This document shows positions 48,501-60,570 of a DNA stretch of 64,000 bases, in pieces. Below the pieces are notes generated by a model, which was given only the letters and a program-made list of their open reading frames with translations, did not search any database and had not been told where the DNA came from. This DNA comes from Antedon mediterranea. Taxonomy: Eukaryota; Animalia; Echinodermata. The DNA lies in assembly GCF_964355755.1 (NCBI RefSeq), contig NC_092674.1:17918001-17982000 (forward strand), in the 5' to 3' direction. Positions within the stretch are counted from its first letter, which is position 1. Every line of letters begins with the position of its first letter. The position numbers were made by a program, and so were the translations under genes.

Positions 48501-51500
48501 AATAAATTTGTTATAATACATATACATAATACATTGTTGTAAATGGTCAATTTTGAATTTGACCCCTTATATCTCGAAAACGCTTCCTATCCTGATCGAT
48601 TACCTTCCATATTCGTAATCTACGGAAAATGTTGGTCTAGAAAAGTTGGATGGCAATTTGTCCCCTTTCGGGTGGTGATACCCGCTTCCTGCCACCGGAC
48701 TTACTAGAGCATCAATCCAAGACCATTTATGAAAATCTAAAAGAGTTAACAGGCGACAGACTGGAAAATTTCCATGAAGTCTGAGAAATGCAAAGTCCTG
48801 TCCTGTCAAAAACCTATTATTTTTTTCTTACTCTGTCTGTTGTGCTTGAAAGTGTCAACTCCTATCATGACCTTGGTATTTACATGAACCGTAAATTGAC
48901 CTTTATTCCTCATGTCGACCATATTGTTAAAAAGTGTACTCTACCTTTGCTCAACCATTTACAATTCTCTCTCTCCTTACCAAGCCTCTAGAATTGATTG
49001 AATTCAGTCTTGTGCTTAATTGGCCCAGCAGCCAATTGATTTGACTTAATTATCCTGTTTAGATGTCTTAATTCTAAGTTTAATTGTGATTTTGTTTCGT
49101 TGTTTTACTTTAATGTTTGTTATGTTTTGTTAATGGTGTTTTCTGTTCTACTTTGGTGTGATAGGTATAATCAATCTACTCCGAAGTTCAAAACACTGGG
49201 GTTGAACAGCTGAATGACCTCCAGAAGGTAAAATGTGGAGACACACCGGGACGGTCGGTGTGAAAGGTACCAACATCAAACTGTGGAGACAGTTTTCACT
49301 CAAAATTTGATTATTTTAAAAACAAAACTCACCTGGTCATTACCATATGAAATAGCTAGTGATAATGGAGACTGCCCTCTACATAGTACATCAGGATTGG
49401 CACCATGCAGCAATAGTAGCCTTACAATATCTTTTGAAAGCTGGAAAGAAAAAGACAAAAAAACTTTAAACTCCTTCCTTCTCCACAACATAAAAAGCAT
49501 CAATGATGAAAGAAGAGAGACTACACAATAAACAATGTATATAATGTGAAAGTTGCAATAGTGTGGCCCAAAAATGTACAAAGTACTCATTCAAAATTGG
49601 AAAGTTAAATACAAATATACAAAATCCTTTTATTTTCCTTTGTAAGCTGTATGTGGTATAGAGCAAGTTCAGTGATAAATTAATTAATTAATTTTATACC
49701 ATCACAAAATAAATTTCACAATAATCATGCAATCAGACAATAAGGCTTAAAATGTTCTGCTTGTCCTCTCTCTAAACATTTGCGTCAAGGCATCTAAAAT
49801 GGTGTGTTATTGAACTAACCACCATTTTTAGAAGCTTTAGATGCTTCCAATCCTAAAATAGACTTTTAAAAACATGGTTTAATCTTTTGTGCTACATTTT
49901 AGAACACATTGAGCGAAAAACTAATTTGTAGATTTTAAAACATGTGAATGGGACAGTACTGTAATAATAATAGCTATAAAGTACAGTCCATGTAATGATA
50001 AAAAACAATAATACTGATTCTTAATCCGATATATAAAAGACAAAGATATGCAAAATAATATTTACAATCATAACAATTTGATTATTTTAGTGAATTCTAT
50101 GCCTAAATTTTACCATTTCTATGCAGCAAAAACAGACAATAAATGCTACACACAAAACCATCATTACCTTATTATTATCATCTCTGCTGCAGACAATGTG
50201 TAGAGGTGTTCTTCCCTTTTCAATCATTCTTAAATGATTCAATTCCTTCAAAAGATCTGCCTCCCCATTTAACTCACAAAAGGTATTAAGAATCATCTCA
50301 TCCTTTGTAAAAAAAATGTTTGGAAAAAAATCATAATTAACACAACTGAACTTGTCACTGACAAAAATTAATAACAAAAAAATTAGTAAATTGTTTGAAA
50401 GTTTGCATGACGAAAATTAGTATGTTGATATAGTTTGCGTTACACCATTTATGTAGTTCTGAAAATAACTGTTGTAGTTTCTAGACGTTTCGATCAATAT
50501 GTTTCGATCAATATGCTTCTATCGTAGACATTTTTTCTGATTGGGTTACTCTTACTTCTTGCCTCTATTAATTTCAATTATTAGTGCTCTGTCAAATTGT
50601 GAGGGTACCACATCTGGAAGTATGGAGAAGACATCACATTGGGAGAGTGTTTTAAATTTGGTAACACTTCAAATAGCTTTAGACTCTCTGAACACATGGT
50701 CCATTAATAACAAATTAAAACTTAACCTATCAAATGACAAACTCTTCCAGACATAACCTTTCGACTTTTGAAAATTCTTTGCTTGTGGTTAAAATAATTA
50801 TTAGGTTATATTATTATATTATTGATTATGTCACAATCTTTATTTATTTCTTTATTTATTCTTCCTTCGCACTATTTTCTTGAGATAAATTTCATCTAGC
50901 TACGTATATTTCTTATGGCCAGGAATCAATGTGGTTATCTTTTCATGGTGCGCAATTAAAAATTACGCGGTGTATGCATGATTTATCTAAATCAATTGCA
51001 ATCATATCTTCACAAGCATGTATTATAATTAAACCAAATTTGGTACTCATAAATTTCAGGTCATATTTCATCATATGACAATACAAATATGTGCGTAGCG
51101 CATTTAACGGTTCTGCGCAAATCATTTACTAATCCGTGCAATAATGTAACATCTTCAAATTTTAAGGATATAGCTAATGGTTTTAACTCATATTTTACTT
51201 CAGTTTTTAATTTGCATAATTCCAATTTTAATATTAATGCGCCCTCCAAATTTACCCTGCCAGTACCAGCTCTCTCTGACATCGACTTTGCACCCACCGA
51301 TGTAGATATGGCAATTTGTAACCTTAAATCAAGTTCAGCCCCTGGTCCTGATAAAATAACACCAAACTTCTCACTGACGTCAGGAGAACTACCTACTGTA
51401 CCTACTGAATGGAAAATAGCAAATACTGTAAGTCCAACATGAAAAATTATCGACCTGTTGCCTTCACTTCTATAGTTTGTAAATTACTTGAAAGGATAAT

Positions 51501-54500
51501 TGTGACTAATTTAAATGCATTTCTACATGTTAACTCCCTTATAAACCCTCATTAACATGGTTTTATTAAGCATAAATCTTGCGTTACTCAGCTAACAAAT
51601 GTTATGTATGAATGGTCTCGTTTACTCGACCAATAAAATGCCCCATGATATTCTATTACAATTACATTAACTTGCAAATTTTAATATACAAGGTGCTGTA
51701 TGGAAATGGATCTCATTTTTTTTAACTAATAGATATCAACCTGTATGTTTTAATTGTTAAATTTCTTCATCCCTCCCAGTTACATCAGGTGTCCCTCAAG
51801 GGAGGTGTATCGGCCCTGTCCTTTTTAACCTTTTTGTAAATGATATTAGTTTTAATGTTTTTTCTCCATGTGTTTTATTTGCTGATGATGTACTTCTTTA
51901 TAGAAATATTTTGTGCAATAATGATATCAATGATTTTCAGACTGATATCAACACATTAAGTAATTGGCCATCTCTTAATTCAATGATTTTTAACACCACC
52001 AAAACAAAGATTATGCATAACCAGGAAACGTAGTTTTGTTCAATCTATCTATTTTCTTAATGGTGATGCAGTTCAAGCTGTTCCCAGCCACAAGTACTTA
52101 GGTGTGCATCTAGATAATAAGATTTCATGGGATGCTCACATTTATCAGGTTATGTCAAAGTCGAGTAGGATGCTTGGTGCTATTCCTCCTGAGGCAATCT
52201 CCTGTCTTTATAAAACCATGGTATTACCCATCATTGAGTATTGCCTACCAGCATGGGGACCAGTTTACGCCAAGCACTCTGATCGACTTGAACAAATCCA
52301 ACGGCATGCCACTTGGCGTATATTGAAAGTTGGATGGGGAGTTATTCTGTACGAAGAGCGGCTGTACAAACTAAATTTGTTAAGGACCGACGTAAAGTTA
52401 TTTTAACCTTGTTTGTCTTCCTTTCTTTCTTCATGGTAAATTCTGACATAGGCGAGCACAATGGAAAAACTTCAGGACAAATCTCTGTCTTGGATACCTA
52501 CCTTATCTATCTGAGATGTACCACGAAATGTAGATTTGATAACATTGGTTTTCACTATTACGATATTGTTTCATATTTTACGAAGATATTATAAAGGGTT
52601 TTGAAACAGAATTTCTGATTTCATCGGTAGATTTTCAACTGTGTGCGCGCTACAAGTCATTTCCAGGGTTCACAGTGAGTCCACGGATTTACCTTGCAAC
52701 TTCCTGGTTTCAACTAAGTTAGCCGTTGGTGGCGATTTTAGTTTTTTAGTTTATTTTCGGACCGCCCGTGTAAAGGTGCAGTAGCAAAAATATTATTAAA
52801 TATACGCCATAAAGCATCCGAGTATATTGTGGGGAATAGTATTAGTATATAAAATTACATAGGGAGAACTGATGATAAGACCTTTTGTTTGAAATCATGT
52901 GAAACTCTGATATATAGCCCGAGTTAAGGAGTAAGGGGGCAGGAATAACTGTGGGCTATCTGTGTCCCTTTCGGACCCTGAGATACAGTCTGCCCATGTT
53001 TCAAGCCGTCTAAAACATCTTCCTGCTTAGGCTGAAACGGCCAACTCTGTCGCAGAAGTTAGTTTCAAAAGATGTTTAAACTAAATACTGTATACCAATT
53101 AGGATGGTATTTGGTACACCTTCCCAATAAAACATCACTTAGAATAATAATCGCATTTATTATTATATTTATAACACAATTATATTATTTGTAGTAGAAT
53201 TCATTGGACTGTTATCTACAATTTACCAAGCATTTGTTATTATTTTTTTCCACTTTTCATATCTAATAGAGGATTTTATTTTGTTATTATAAATGTTATA
53301 TTACCATATTATTAAAACTAAAAAATTAAACGTATCCCTCGAATAAGCACCTCCCTCAAATAAACTCCGCCTCACCACCTCTGCCCTACAAGGGCCCTAC
53401 CAAACAATAAACACTATACTTTAAAATGTTATTAATGATCTAAAGAGAAGAGAAGAAAGAGAGTAGGTTTAGTTTTACGAATATCAAGCATTTTAATAAT
53501 GGTAACTGACAGAAAACGTCCATGTCAGAACGTTCTTCTAAAACCTTTTTACCCGAGTCATTATCATTCTGAGAACCATCGTCTACACTTCCTAGTAGCT
53601 CACTTCACTCACTCCCTCTCTAGTAATATTAATTTTTATAATAGTGTCACTGATCATATCATAATCAATCACTTTTAAACATCTTTATGCTCAAATCTTT
53701 GCCTATCCACCGTTTCCCTGTGCTTTGTTAAAGCAGTTAAAACAACATTTTACTGTTGAAAGAATTTCATTTAGCTTCGATTTTGTATAGATGACAAATT
53801 TCGTTTTTGTAAAAGCACAAGTTAACGGAGTACTTACTCGAACGTTTCGATCTCTATCAGAGATCCTTCTCAACTGACTGCGGAGTGTTAATGCAGCTTG
53901 GTCATTCTTGACGTCATCTGTTGATGACGTCGTACGAGTAAGTACTCCGTTAACTTGTGCTTTTACAAAAACGAAATTTGTCATCTAAACATTTTACTGG
54001 TTCCTAATTCGACTCCGGTGTGATTTCTTTTTTTCTTTTTTTTTAACTGTATATTGATTTTATGTAGTTAAATTCTTCTGGGGCCTCTGTTGCTTTTGGG
54101 ATCCCAGGACATGATGTCGAATAAATAAATGATATGAAGACTGGTTAATGCTTTTTAATATTTCAAAATGCAAAGTAATGCACTTAGGCCATAAAAACCA
54201 GCATTTCGAATACAAGATGGAAGAAACTGTAGGTGAGAAAGTTCATGAAGAAATAGATCTCGGCATTATGATTGATGCATCTCTAAAACCTAATAAGGAA
54301 TGTGTAGTTGCTGTTAAGACCGTTAATCGGGTGCTTGGCTGTATCAAGTGTTTATATATGGGGCTAGTTAGGGCACATCTAGAATTTTCTGACCTTGGTC
54401 TTCACAATATATTAAAGTTAACACTTTGTTGGAAAAGGTTCAGGGATGATGAACTGTAGGCTGCATTTCTTCTCACAAAGGGTGGTAAATGTTTGGAACA

Positions 54501-57500
54501 CATTTCCTACCAACAATAATGAGCGTTCGGAGGCGACACGGGGAGGCGAGACGTGGAAGTCAATCAACCATGAACACCGAAAGTTGATCTAGCTACTATA
54601 CTACTACACTAGATTAAACTGGAAAAAGTGTTATGGAAATATAAGATCCAACAAGCTATTGCAACATCGGTGTAGTCCTCAAAATGTTGAAAGTGTCGAT
54701 GCATGTGGGAAAGCTAAAATCCATATTGGAGCTCCACGATGATGCTTCTGCAAAACTCATCAAGGATAATAGGCACTACTTGCGTACATTATCGGAGATC
54801 TTATTGTTAACTGCCCAGTGTAAGATCGCACAACGTTAGACCGGAAGATCTTACCGAATAAGCAACATAGATGTCAAGAACCTCAACTTCGATCCTTCAT
54901 GTGGAAACTTCCTTGCTATTCTATCATTAGTTGCAAAACATGATGACGTAATTGCAGAAAAGATTTGTTCTGGGCCGGGAAATAACAGTATTCAAAACGC
55001 CCTTTTAGAAATTATGAAGGACATGATGGTGGTTGTCGCTGTTCAATATTTTTTTCAAAAATGAAACCATCAGACACCATCACTGATGTGAAGCAAATAT
55101 GAAAAATTGTATCAGGCAGGGCTATGACGGTGCCTCTGTTGTTTCTGGACATTTAAATGGAGTTCAGCGTAAATTACAACAGAAAACAGGAGCGGATATG
55201 GCCTATTATGTCCATTGTTTCTGCCACAGATTTCTTTTCCAGCTACACGCATATCTAGAAGATTTGAAGGAAGCTTTTTTTGAGTTGGAGCATATCAGTT
55301 TAGTGGCGTGCGCTTTGTTTGTTTCATCAGCCGAATGTGAATGCAATTTTAGTCCAATGAGACTAATAAAAAATGACTACAATTCTCATTTGAACAGCCT
55401 CATGATGCTTGGAATACATCATGACTGAGGAAGAAAACTTGACCTTAACAGCGTGGTTGACAGATTTAAGGCAAAATAAATTAGTTAAATATTTTAAACT
55501 TTTGTTTCTTCTCTTTTCAATGTCCTGTATGTCATGAACCTCTCATTGTACATGAGAAAAGAAAGTTTTGAAAATGGTACCTTCACTGCATGGAGGTGTA
55601 TCTATATTACTACGTTCAACACGTGTGCATGGACCAGGGCATTACTGATTTCCCCGAATTTGTACCTGATTTTACAATATTTTCTCTTACGCATAGAATA
55701 ATAAATATATTATTATTATACAAATACTACGCCACTAAAATAAACTTTTTCACTAAGTATATATGTATTTTTAAAAAAGTCAATGTTGTTCTTGATGACC
55801 TAATCACTGTGTACACTTCCTACATTAGGCCCATCTTGGAATACGCTTGCCAGGTATGGCATGGTGCTATTACCAAGAAAATGGCCAACAGCATTGAGAC
55901 CATCCAGAAAAGAGCATGTCGAATAATGTTAGGTGCTACCTACATTTCCTATGACAATGCCCTAGAGGTTTACAGGGTTACCTTCTCTCGAGGCAAGGAG
56001 AGACACTCTTGTGTTGTCCTTTGGCAGGGGGTTACTCAAGTCCAACTGTTTTCGAGACATGCTACCTCCTTGCCGCGGGCAGAAGAGAACCCTTAGGTAC
56101 AACTAGTACCGGAAGTCTCCTTCCTCCCAGGTGTAAAACTGAACGATACCAAAGGTCTGCCATACCTACGATTGTTAAGTTTATTAATGCTAACTGATAT
56201 AGGTTGATTTCCATGATTATTTCTCACTTTCTCGATGCCGTTTCGACCTTTTATATAATAATTTTAATAATGTATATATTAATAATAATCTTAAATAATA
56301 ATAATAATAATGACGTACTCAATTTTATGAACGAATAATATTGTATTTTGTGTTTTATAATATATAGTTATTTTTCTATGCTGTTTATAATTGTGCCTCT
56401 TTTACTTTTAATTATATATGTATATTGATTGTAAACAAACGTTATCAGCCAATGGCTGCTGTTTTGTATGTGTTTTTAAACCTAAATAAATAAATAAATA
56501 AATTACATAACTATGATAAATATAGGCATATTTATTTTGAACTTTCATTTTTTTGGTGGATCACCATTCAAAATTCAAATGAAAGAATTGATTTGCACAC
56601 ATAATTTTATTTGAATCTACCATAAAGAAATGAACGCCGTTGCTTCCGGGGCCTTCGCCCCCCTGGCCCTCAGCCAAGTGATGCTCGCATAGCCCCCGCG
56701 TCGGGGACTTCAGCCTCCATGTCAGGAAATTCCTGAAGCCACTGCTGATACTGTACTTTTAAACAAAATTTTTAAAAAGGAAAATAAGATAAAGGAGAAA
56801 GGATGTTATGCATGCTAAAAATAGAATATACACCTGAGCATTGAAGCTATAATAATAGAAGCTCTCATTTGTCTCAAACACGCACTACTGAATGTAAATA
56901 CATGTGTTGTGAATAAAGCTCTAGAACTCTATACCATTTTGAGTACTGTGTTCATGTGAATACTGTATAATACATAGAAATAGGCTTTACTTATTTATAA
57001 ACTCTGATGATGAGATGATTTATTTTAATGAACCTTAGTCGATTTTGAGACTACTACTAAATTTCTTATTATTTATTTTATAAAGGCATTGCATATGGAT
57101 AGAAATAACAGTGTGTAAAACATTTATATTAACAGTGGGAGGGCATTGGATCACTAAAAAAAATACACTTTTTACACAGTAGACACTAGACTTTTACACG
57201 AATCCCGACGACTACAACTTTCTTGAACCTGGTGTTTACTTTTTCTGTCTATTCTTTAATTCTTTGATTTTGTAACTGTTTTCAGTTTGAAAGCTGAATT
57301 TAGATCTTCATTGAACTTCAACCTAGTTTTTCTCAGTAAAAAATTGTCTTGATGAATGTAAAAATTAATAATTTACAGATTGCATTAATTTTATGATCGT
57401 TAGTTAGCACACAAAAATTTAATAATGAAAGTATTTGCAGTACAGAGTAGAATGAATAAATCAAATTCAAATTGGTGAACCTCTCAAAAAATATGCCTAA

Positions 57501-60500
57501 TTACATTCAAAACTAATTATTTTTACACTGAACTGTACTTCTAATACTACAAAACTAATGTCATTTTACCTGATTTAATGAATTATCATTTGTTCGAGCA
57601 TTTGAATCAGCTCCTGCTTCCAGTAGATACTTGGTAATCTCAACACCTGCATTACCACTGATGGCACAAGCAATGTGTAATGGAGTAAGGCTTTCTTTCT
57701 GTAGTAGAGGAAAGCACCATTCATTTGAATAATGTAGACAGTAAGTGAAACCATTCTAATCTATGACAATATCAGCAACAATAAAATGTGGCAAATTGTA
57801 GATTTGTTTGCATGGTACAGTTTTCCAAAGAATGGGATATTTTATATAAATACATTAAATTGAATAGAAATATAGTCAAAATAATTAAGAAATTTGGACT
57901 CATTTTTAAGAAAAGTTTCTCCTTCGGAAGTAGGCCTAATTCCCAGGGTGCTAATTTTAGTTGACTACATTAATCATCGTGTCTATGTATTCGTATTCAG
58001 AATTAATTTTGTTAAATGTTTAAAAATTTACAGTAAAGTCTCAGAATCGTCATTGTCAACAACCAATCATGGTCATTTCTAGTTTAATAATTTGCAAAGT
58101 TAGGGTTTTAAATATATTCATTATTAAGATATACATTTTAATTCTCCTTCACATTTCATATATTTTATATTTAAAAGTAAAGTTGCATTTGTTGGAACTG
58201 TTGTTTGTCATTTTAGAACAATCTTGAATTTAATAGTTATATTTAAATAACTTTTTAAATGAAACACAATATAGTAATATATAAGTATTTGTTTATATCC
58301 AATGTCTTGGCTTTAAATTCATTGTATGTTTTAAAAACCAATTACATTATTACGGTAATGCGAGTGACGGAACTTTTGTGTTAAAATGTCAATTATTTAA
58401 AAAACTTATGTAATGTTGAATTTTTTTTATCCTATTTTATACTTTAAAAGTATAGCAATTTAAACGATAAGATCCTTTTATTGTTTGGATAAACAAGTAG
58501 AAAATGTTCATAAAAAGGCTTTAACTGGCATATAAATGTTTTAAAAAGTCATTATCCCAAAACACACTCTTGTGAATGTCTATAAAAGCATAGTTGTGCC
58601 ACACTTTGAGTATTGTAATGTTATTTGTTCTACCTGTGGATCAACTGAAGTTAATTAAACGTTTACAAGTTATTCAAAATCAGGCAGGAAGAATAATCTG
58701 TATACTATTATTTATAGTATCTCATTAATATATATAGATTTTGTAATAATACATTCAACCCTAAGCATATTCAATTAAATGTTGCTCTGCCTTTACCTAA
58801 GACTGAATATAATAAAACGTAGCCTTGCATATAAAGAAAGGTGCACTTAAATGGAACAACCTTGGTGTTAACATTCATTTGTATGTGAACAGCCCCAGGG
58901 AAGAACAACCATGTGTTGATTCGGGCCTTCTTGTTTAAATATAATTTGAATTGAATTGATTTCTTACCATGACAGATAAACAGGTCTCTGTGGAAGCTCC
59001 TTTTTGCAAAAGTAGCTGGACAGCAGTCACGTCCGCTGCTTTGACAGCAAAAAATAACACTGGCATTGGAACATTTGATGCATTTGGATCAGCCCCACGT
59101 CTCAAAAGCAAATGAATAGTTGATTCCATTAATGAATGGCTAAAAAATAGAGAAATAGAGAGAAAAAAGACCCTTAATTACAGTAATTAATGCATCTTGA
59201 ATGAGCAGTTTTTAAAGGTTTCCTTCAACTAAGTGGCCAAGCGATTACAGCAGGGATCCTCTAATCAAGCCATAAAATCAGCACACATTCAGGGCTCCTC
59301 TTGACCATTGTTCTGGTGGTAGAACAAGTCTTATCAAATATGGGATGAAGGGACAGTGTACACATGGAGAACCCAGTGAGGGATACCACGGTATACTGGT
59401 CCATCTCAGCCCCTATTGGTCATGGTACAGTAGATGCTGCACTGTGGCTGTGGTGACACTCATCCAATACATTCTAGAATTTTTTAATTGACTAATATAT
59501 AAATTGTTTTAATTATTGAGTCAATCTGATCATCCCAAGTAAGAGTTTTCTTAAATACAATCTCAAGGTACTGTACTTGAATGTATCAACTGTGGTCTAT
59601 TATAAAAGTAATACATGTTTGTGATGATAAAAATAATTTCAAGAGGTGAAAGATGAAAGGTTACTGTATACTTTCATAAGCGACAGTCGAGTGACAATAT
59701 GACTTTTCATCTTTAGCTGAATGAAATTATTTGTACCATAGCACGAATATAAAAACATTTATTATTTGCTTCATATAACATCTAAGTAGATTCTTGTCAT
59801 TTCATTCAGCCTTTCTTTTTTATAACATCTGAAGAAGGTATTTACCGTTATATCCCACTGACCACATATTTGATTTGTTTTTTGGTGTTTTTTATCATCG
59901 CGCTATGTGGAGCAATTGATAGGACACTTTATCATGTGAACCAAAATCTATTTAGGTGTTATATAAAGGATTATATTACGTGCAAATAAAGATCAAATTC
60001 TTACTCTGCTTTAGAAATTGCCAAACGTCTGGCACAGTCTATCGTTTTACTAAACTGTGAGGTTCTTTCTGCTACAATCTTTGGATTGCCACTCATTGCA
60101 GTGGCAACACGTTCCAATAAGTTATCACTAACTTCAATGCTATAATCGGTAATACTTTTATTTGACCCAAACAAATTTAATTCAGTATCTATCGCCTTTT
60201 CAAAATTTATATCAAATTTTGACAAATCAGCACCAAGTGCATTTTCATCCAGTAAATTGTTTTCTTCACAAATCTTATCTTGTTCTGTTTCTACATCTCG
60301 GTTTTCTTTTTTCACATTTTGGTAACTATAAACATCACTAACACAATTTGAAGAACTGACACTATCGCTAGAGTGATTCAATATTCTTTCAAATTTTCTC
60401 CCTTCTTTTGACTTCTGCATATATTGCTCTACAATATTGTACTGGAATAATTCAATTGGATAGAACAACATATGGCATGCAGCCAATGCTGAAATGCCTT

Positions 60501-60570
60501 CATCACTCAATTGATTGACATCTGCACCTTTGTCTAGTAGATAGTTTATGATATGACCATGCATATTGAC
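30335..60570 (-). CDS. ANKMY1: Ankyrin repeat and MYND domain-containing protein 1, 3' portion (11 exons, ~681 aa; 5' end outside the window)
   Basis: All exons are GT-AG bounded with matching phases; summed length 2046 nt = 682 codons including the stop. Peptides match ANKMY1 ([54 protein letters not shown] finger). Confidence 0.9.
30640..31010. repeat. Interspersed repeat; inverted copy at ~48120-48655
   Basis: TTTTCCGTAGATTACGAATATGGAAGGTAATCGATCAGGATAGGAAGC is matched by its reverse complement at 48580-48630. Confidence 0.7.
31380..33580 (+). mobile_element. Composite Helentron-like remnants
   Basis: Blocks homologous to 3300-3960 and 12720-13143; ends AACTCGTCA-AAG-TGACGAGTT...TCTAGTT. 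Confidence 0.6.
32628..32947. mobile_element. Harbinger-like MITE nested in the Helentron remnant
   Basis: Imperfect TIRs GTGTAGAGCCCCATTAGA / TCTAATGGGGATGTACAC with TTA/TAA flanks. Confidence 0.5.
34530..36695. mobile_element. Foldback-type non-autonomous DNA transposon with ~0.8-kb inverted arms
   Basis: 34530-~35510 is the near-perfect reverse complement of ~35865-36695. TSD is TTAT (or GTTATC). The empty site is visible in the sister copy at 3460-3475. Confidence 0.88.
35569..35613. mobile_element. 45-bp micro-MITE
   Basis: 14-bp perfect TIRs CAGGGAGATGTAAA/TTTACATCTCCCTG flanked by the direct repeat GTTACACACA (35559-35568, 35614-35623). Confidence 0.7.
37493..37831. mobile_element. 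Second copy of the Kolobok-like TTAA MITE
   Basis: Colinear with 981-1311; TTAA flanks; right TIR lacks 3 nt. Confidence 0.75.
37988..38623. repeat. 29-bp minisatellite, ~22 copies
   Basis: AATGTACTCCAAGGGAGACCAGTCTTTA(A/C) repeated head-to-tail with no spacers. Confidence 0.97.
38690..39195 (-). mobile_element. Penelope-like element fragment (RT thumb/linker and GIY-YIG endonuclease)
   Basis: [69 protein letters not shown] and PVATHF. Confidence 0.85.
39784..39938 (-). CDS. ANKMY1: ANKMY1 exon: MYND zinc finger
   Basis: [51 protein letters not shown]; AG/GT bounded, phase 2 to 1. Confidence 0.93.
40093..40637. mobile_element. MITE flanked by TA (Tc1/mariner-like); related fragment at 49150-49275
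   Basis: TIRs CCTCTTTCACACCAAAA / TTTTGGTGTGAAAGGGA with internal TTCACACCAA repeats. Confidence 0.6.
40737..40914 (-). CDS. ANKMY1: ANKMY1 exon (poorly conserved linker before MYND)
   Basis: ttattctcacAG acceptor and GTATAA donor; its phases (1 to 2) exactly bridge the flanking conserved exons; open frame. Confidence 0.72.
40988..43130 (-). mobile_element. CR1/L2-group LINE, 5'-truncated, with (TAAA)n tail
   Basis: RT motifs [40 protein letters not shown]; frameshifted; tail at ~40988-41015. Confidence 0.9.
41319..41803 (-). mobile_element. RTE-like LINE 3' fragment nested in the CR1/L2 element
   Basis: LYNSELW...[15 protein letters not shown]...[10 protein letters not shown]; 11-bp TSD GTTCCAGGTGG (41308-41318, 41804-41814). 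Confidence 0.85.
43424..44130 (-). mobile_element. Rex/Babar LINE 3' fragment with (CTTAT)n tail
   Basis: MIIDFR...VDQYKYLG...WAGN...SHPLH...[20 protein letters not shown]; tail reads (ATAAG)n on plus at 43425-43444. Confidence 0.85.
44455..44587 (-). CDS. ANKMY1: ANKMY1 exon
   Basis: [44 protein letters not shown]; phase 0 to 1. Confidence 0.92.
45016..46790 (+). mobile_element. Longer, older relative of the 314-bp hairpin element, carrying nested MITEs
   Basis: Same left end TTATATAACACCTAGATAAATTCCTGTCATTTGATTGGACG at 45016; right part CAAATAATGAATGTTTT...GATGAAAGGTTATA at 46719-46788 (half of the hairpin). Confidence 0.65.
45308..46334. mobile_element. MITE with ~115-bp TIRs containing a second inverted pair (~45460-46000)
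   Basis: TAACGCCGTGG(C/T)TAAAGATAC(A/G)GTACCGTATC... mirrored at 46222-46334; TSD is AAT or TTAA (ambiguous). Inner pair GTGCCAGGCTG..CTGTGACTCAGCCC / GGGCTGAGTCACAG..CAGCCTGGCAC. Confidence 0.75.
46938..47045 (-). CDS. ANKMY1: ANKMY1 exon (not in the ORF track)
   Basis: [36 protein letters not shown]; AG/GT bounded, phase 0 to 0. Confidence 0.9.
47860..47991 (-). CDS. ANKMY1: ANKMY1 exon (not in the ORF track)
   Basis: [44 protein letters not shown]; phase 0 to 0. Confidence 0.92.
48780..48960 (+). mobile_element. CR1-type LINE fragment
   Basis: EKCKVL...[30 protein letters not shown]. Confidence 0.6.
49333..49440 (-). CDS. ANKMY1: ANKMY1 exon (ankyrin repeat)
   Basis: [36 protein letters not shown]; phase 0 to 0. 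Confidence 0.93.
50168..50302 (-). CDS. ANKMY1: ANKMY1 exon
   Basis: DEMILNTF...[17 protein letters not shown]; AG/GT bounded, phase 0 to 0. Confidence 0.85.
51130..52400 (+). mobile_element. Degenerate CR1-type LINE ORF2
   Basis: [66 protein letters not shown]; many stops and deletions. Confidence 0.88.
52433..53623 (+). mobile_element. Non-autonomous Helitron, copy 4 (terminal loop inverted)
   Basis: Colinear with 8615-9685; ends ...CTCTAG|T. Confidence 0.8.
53788..53987. repeat. 200-bp hairpin with 53-bp perfect inverted arms (probable MITE)
   Basis: TAGATGACAAATTTCGTTTTTGTAAAAGCACAAGTTAACGGAGTACTTACTCG and its exact reverse complement at 53935-53987. Confidence 0.85.
54140..54455 (+). 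mobile_element. CR1 LINE fragment
   Basis: [19 protein letters not shown]...EEIDLGI...[12 protein letters not shown]. Confidence 0.8.
54530..55480 (+). pseudogene. hAT transposase relic (ZMYM1/DUF4371-like)
   Basis: [41 protein letters not shown]...[26 protein letters not shown]; heavily deleted. Confidence 0.8.
55770..56503 (+). mobile_element. CR1/L2-group LINE 3' fragment with (TAAA)n tail
   Basis: [18 protein letters not shown]...[11 protein letters not shown]...Y; [12 protein letters not shown]; tail at 56483-56503. Confidence 0.85.
57570..57698 (-). CDS. ANKMY1: ANKMY1 exon (ankyrin repeat; not in the ORF track)
   Basis: [43 protein letters not shown]; phase 0 to 0. Confidence 0.92.
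58968..59139 (-). CDS. ANKMY1: ANKMY1 exon (ankyrin repeat)
   Basis: [50 protein letters not shown]; phase 2 to 0. Confidence 0.93.
59620..59966 (-). mobile_element. Old inverted relative of the 314-bp hairpin element
   Basis: Ends TTTAGGTGTTATATAA; contains ATTATTTGTACCAT.GCACGAATA and a decayed GATGAAA/TTTCATC hairpin. Confidence 0.55.
60005..60570 (-). CDS. ANKMY1: ANKMY1 large exon (ankyrin repeat plus acidic linker)
   Basis: [38 protein letters not shown]...; acceptor cttttttaAG, donor GTAAG, phase 0 to 2. Confidence 0.9.

Noticed and set aside
57180-57330. Possible extra ANKMY1 exon
   Set aside because: The required phase-0 frame after the candidate acceptor hits a stop within five codons; the flanking exons join in frame without it.
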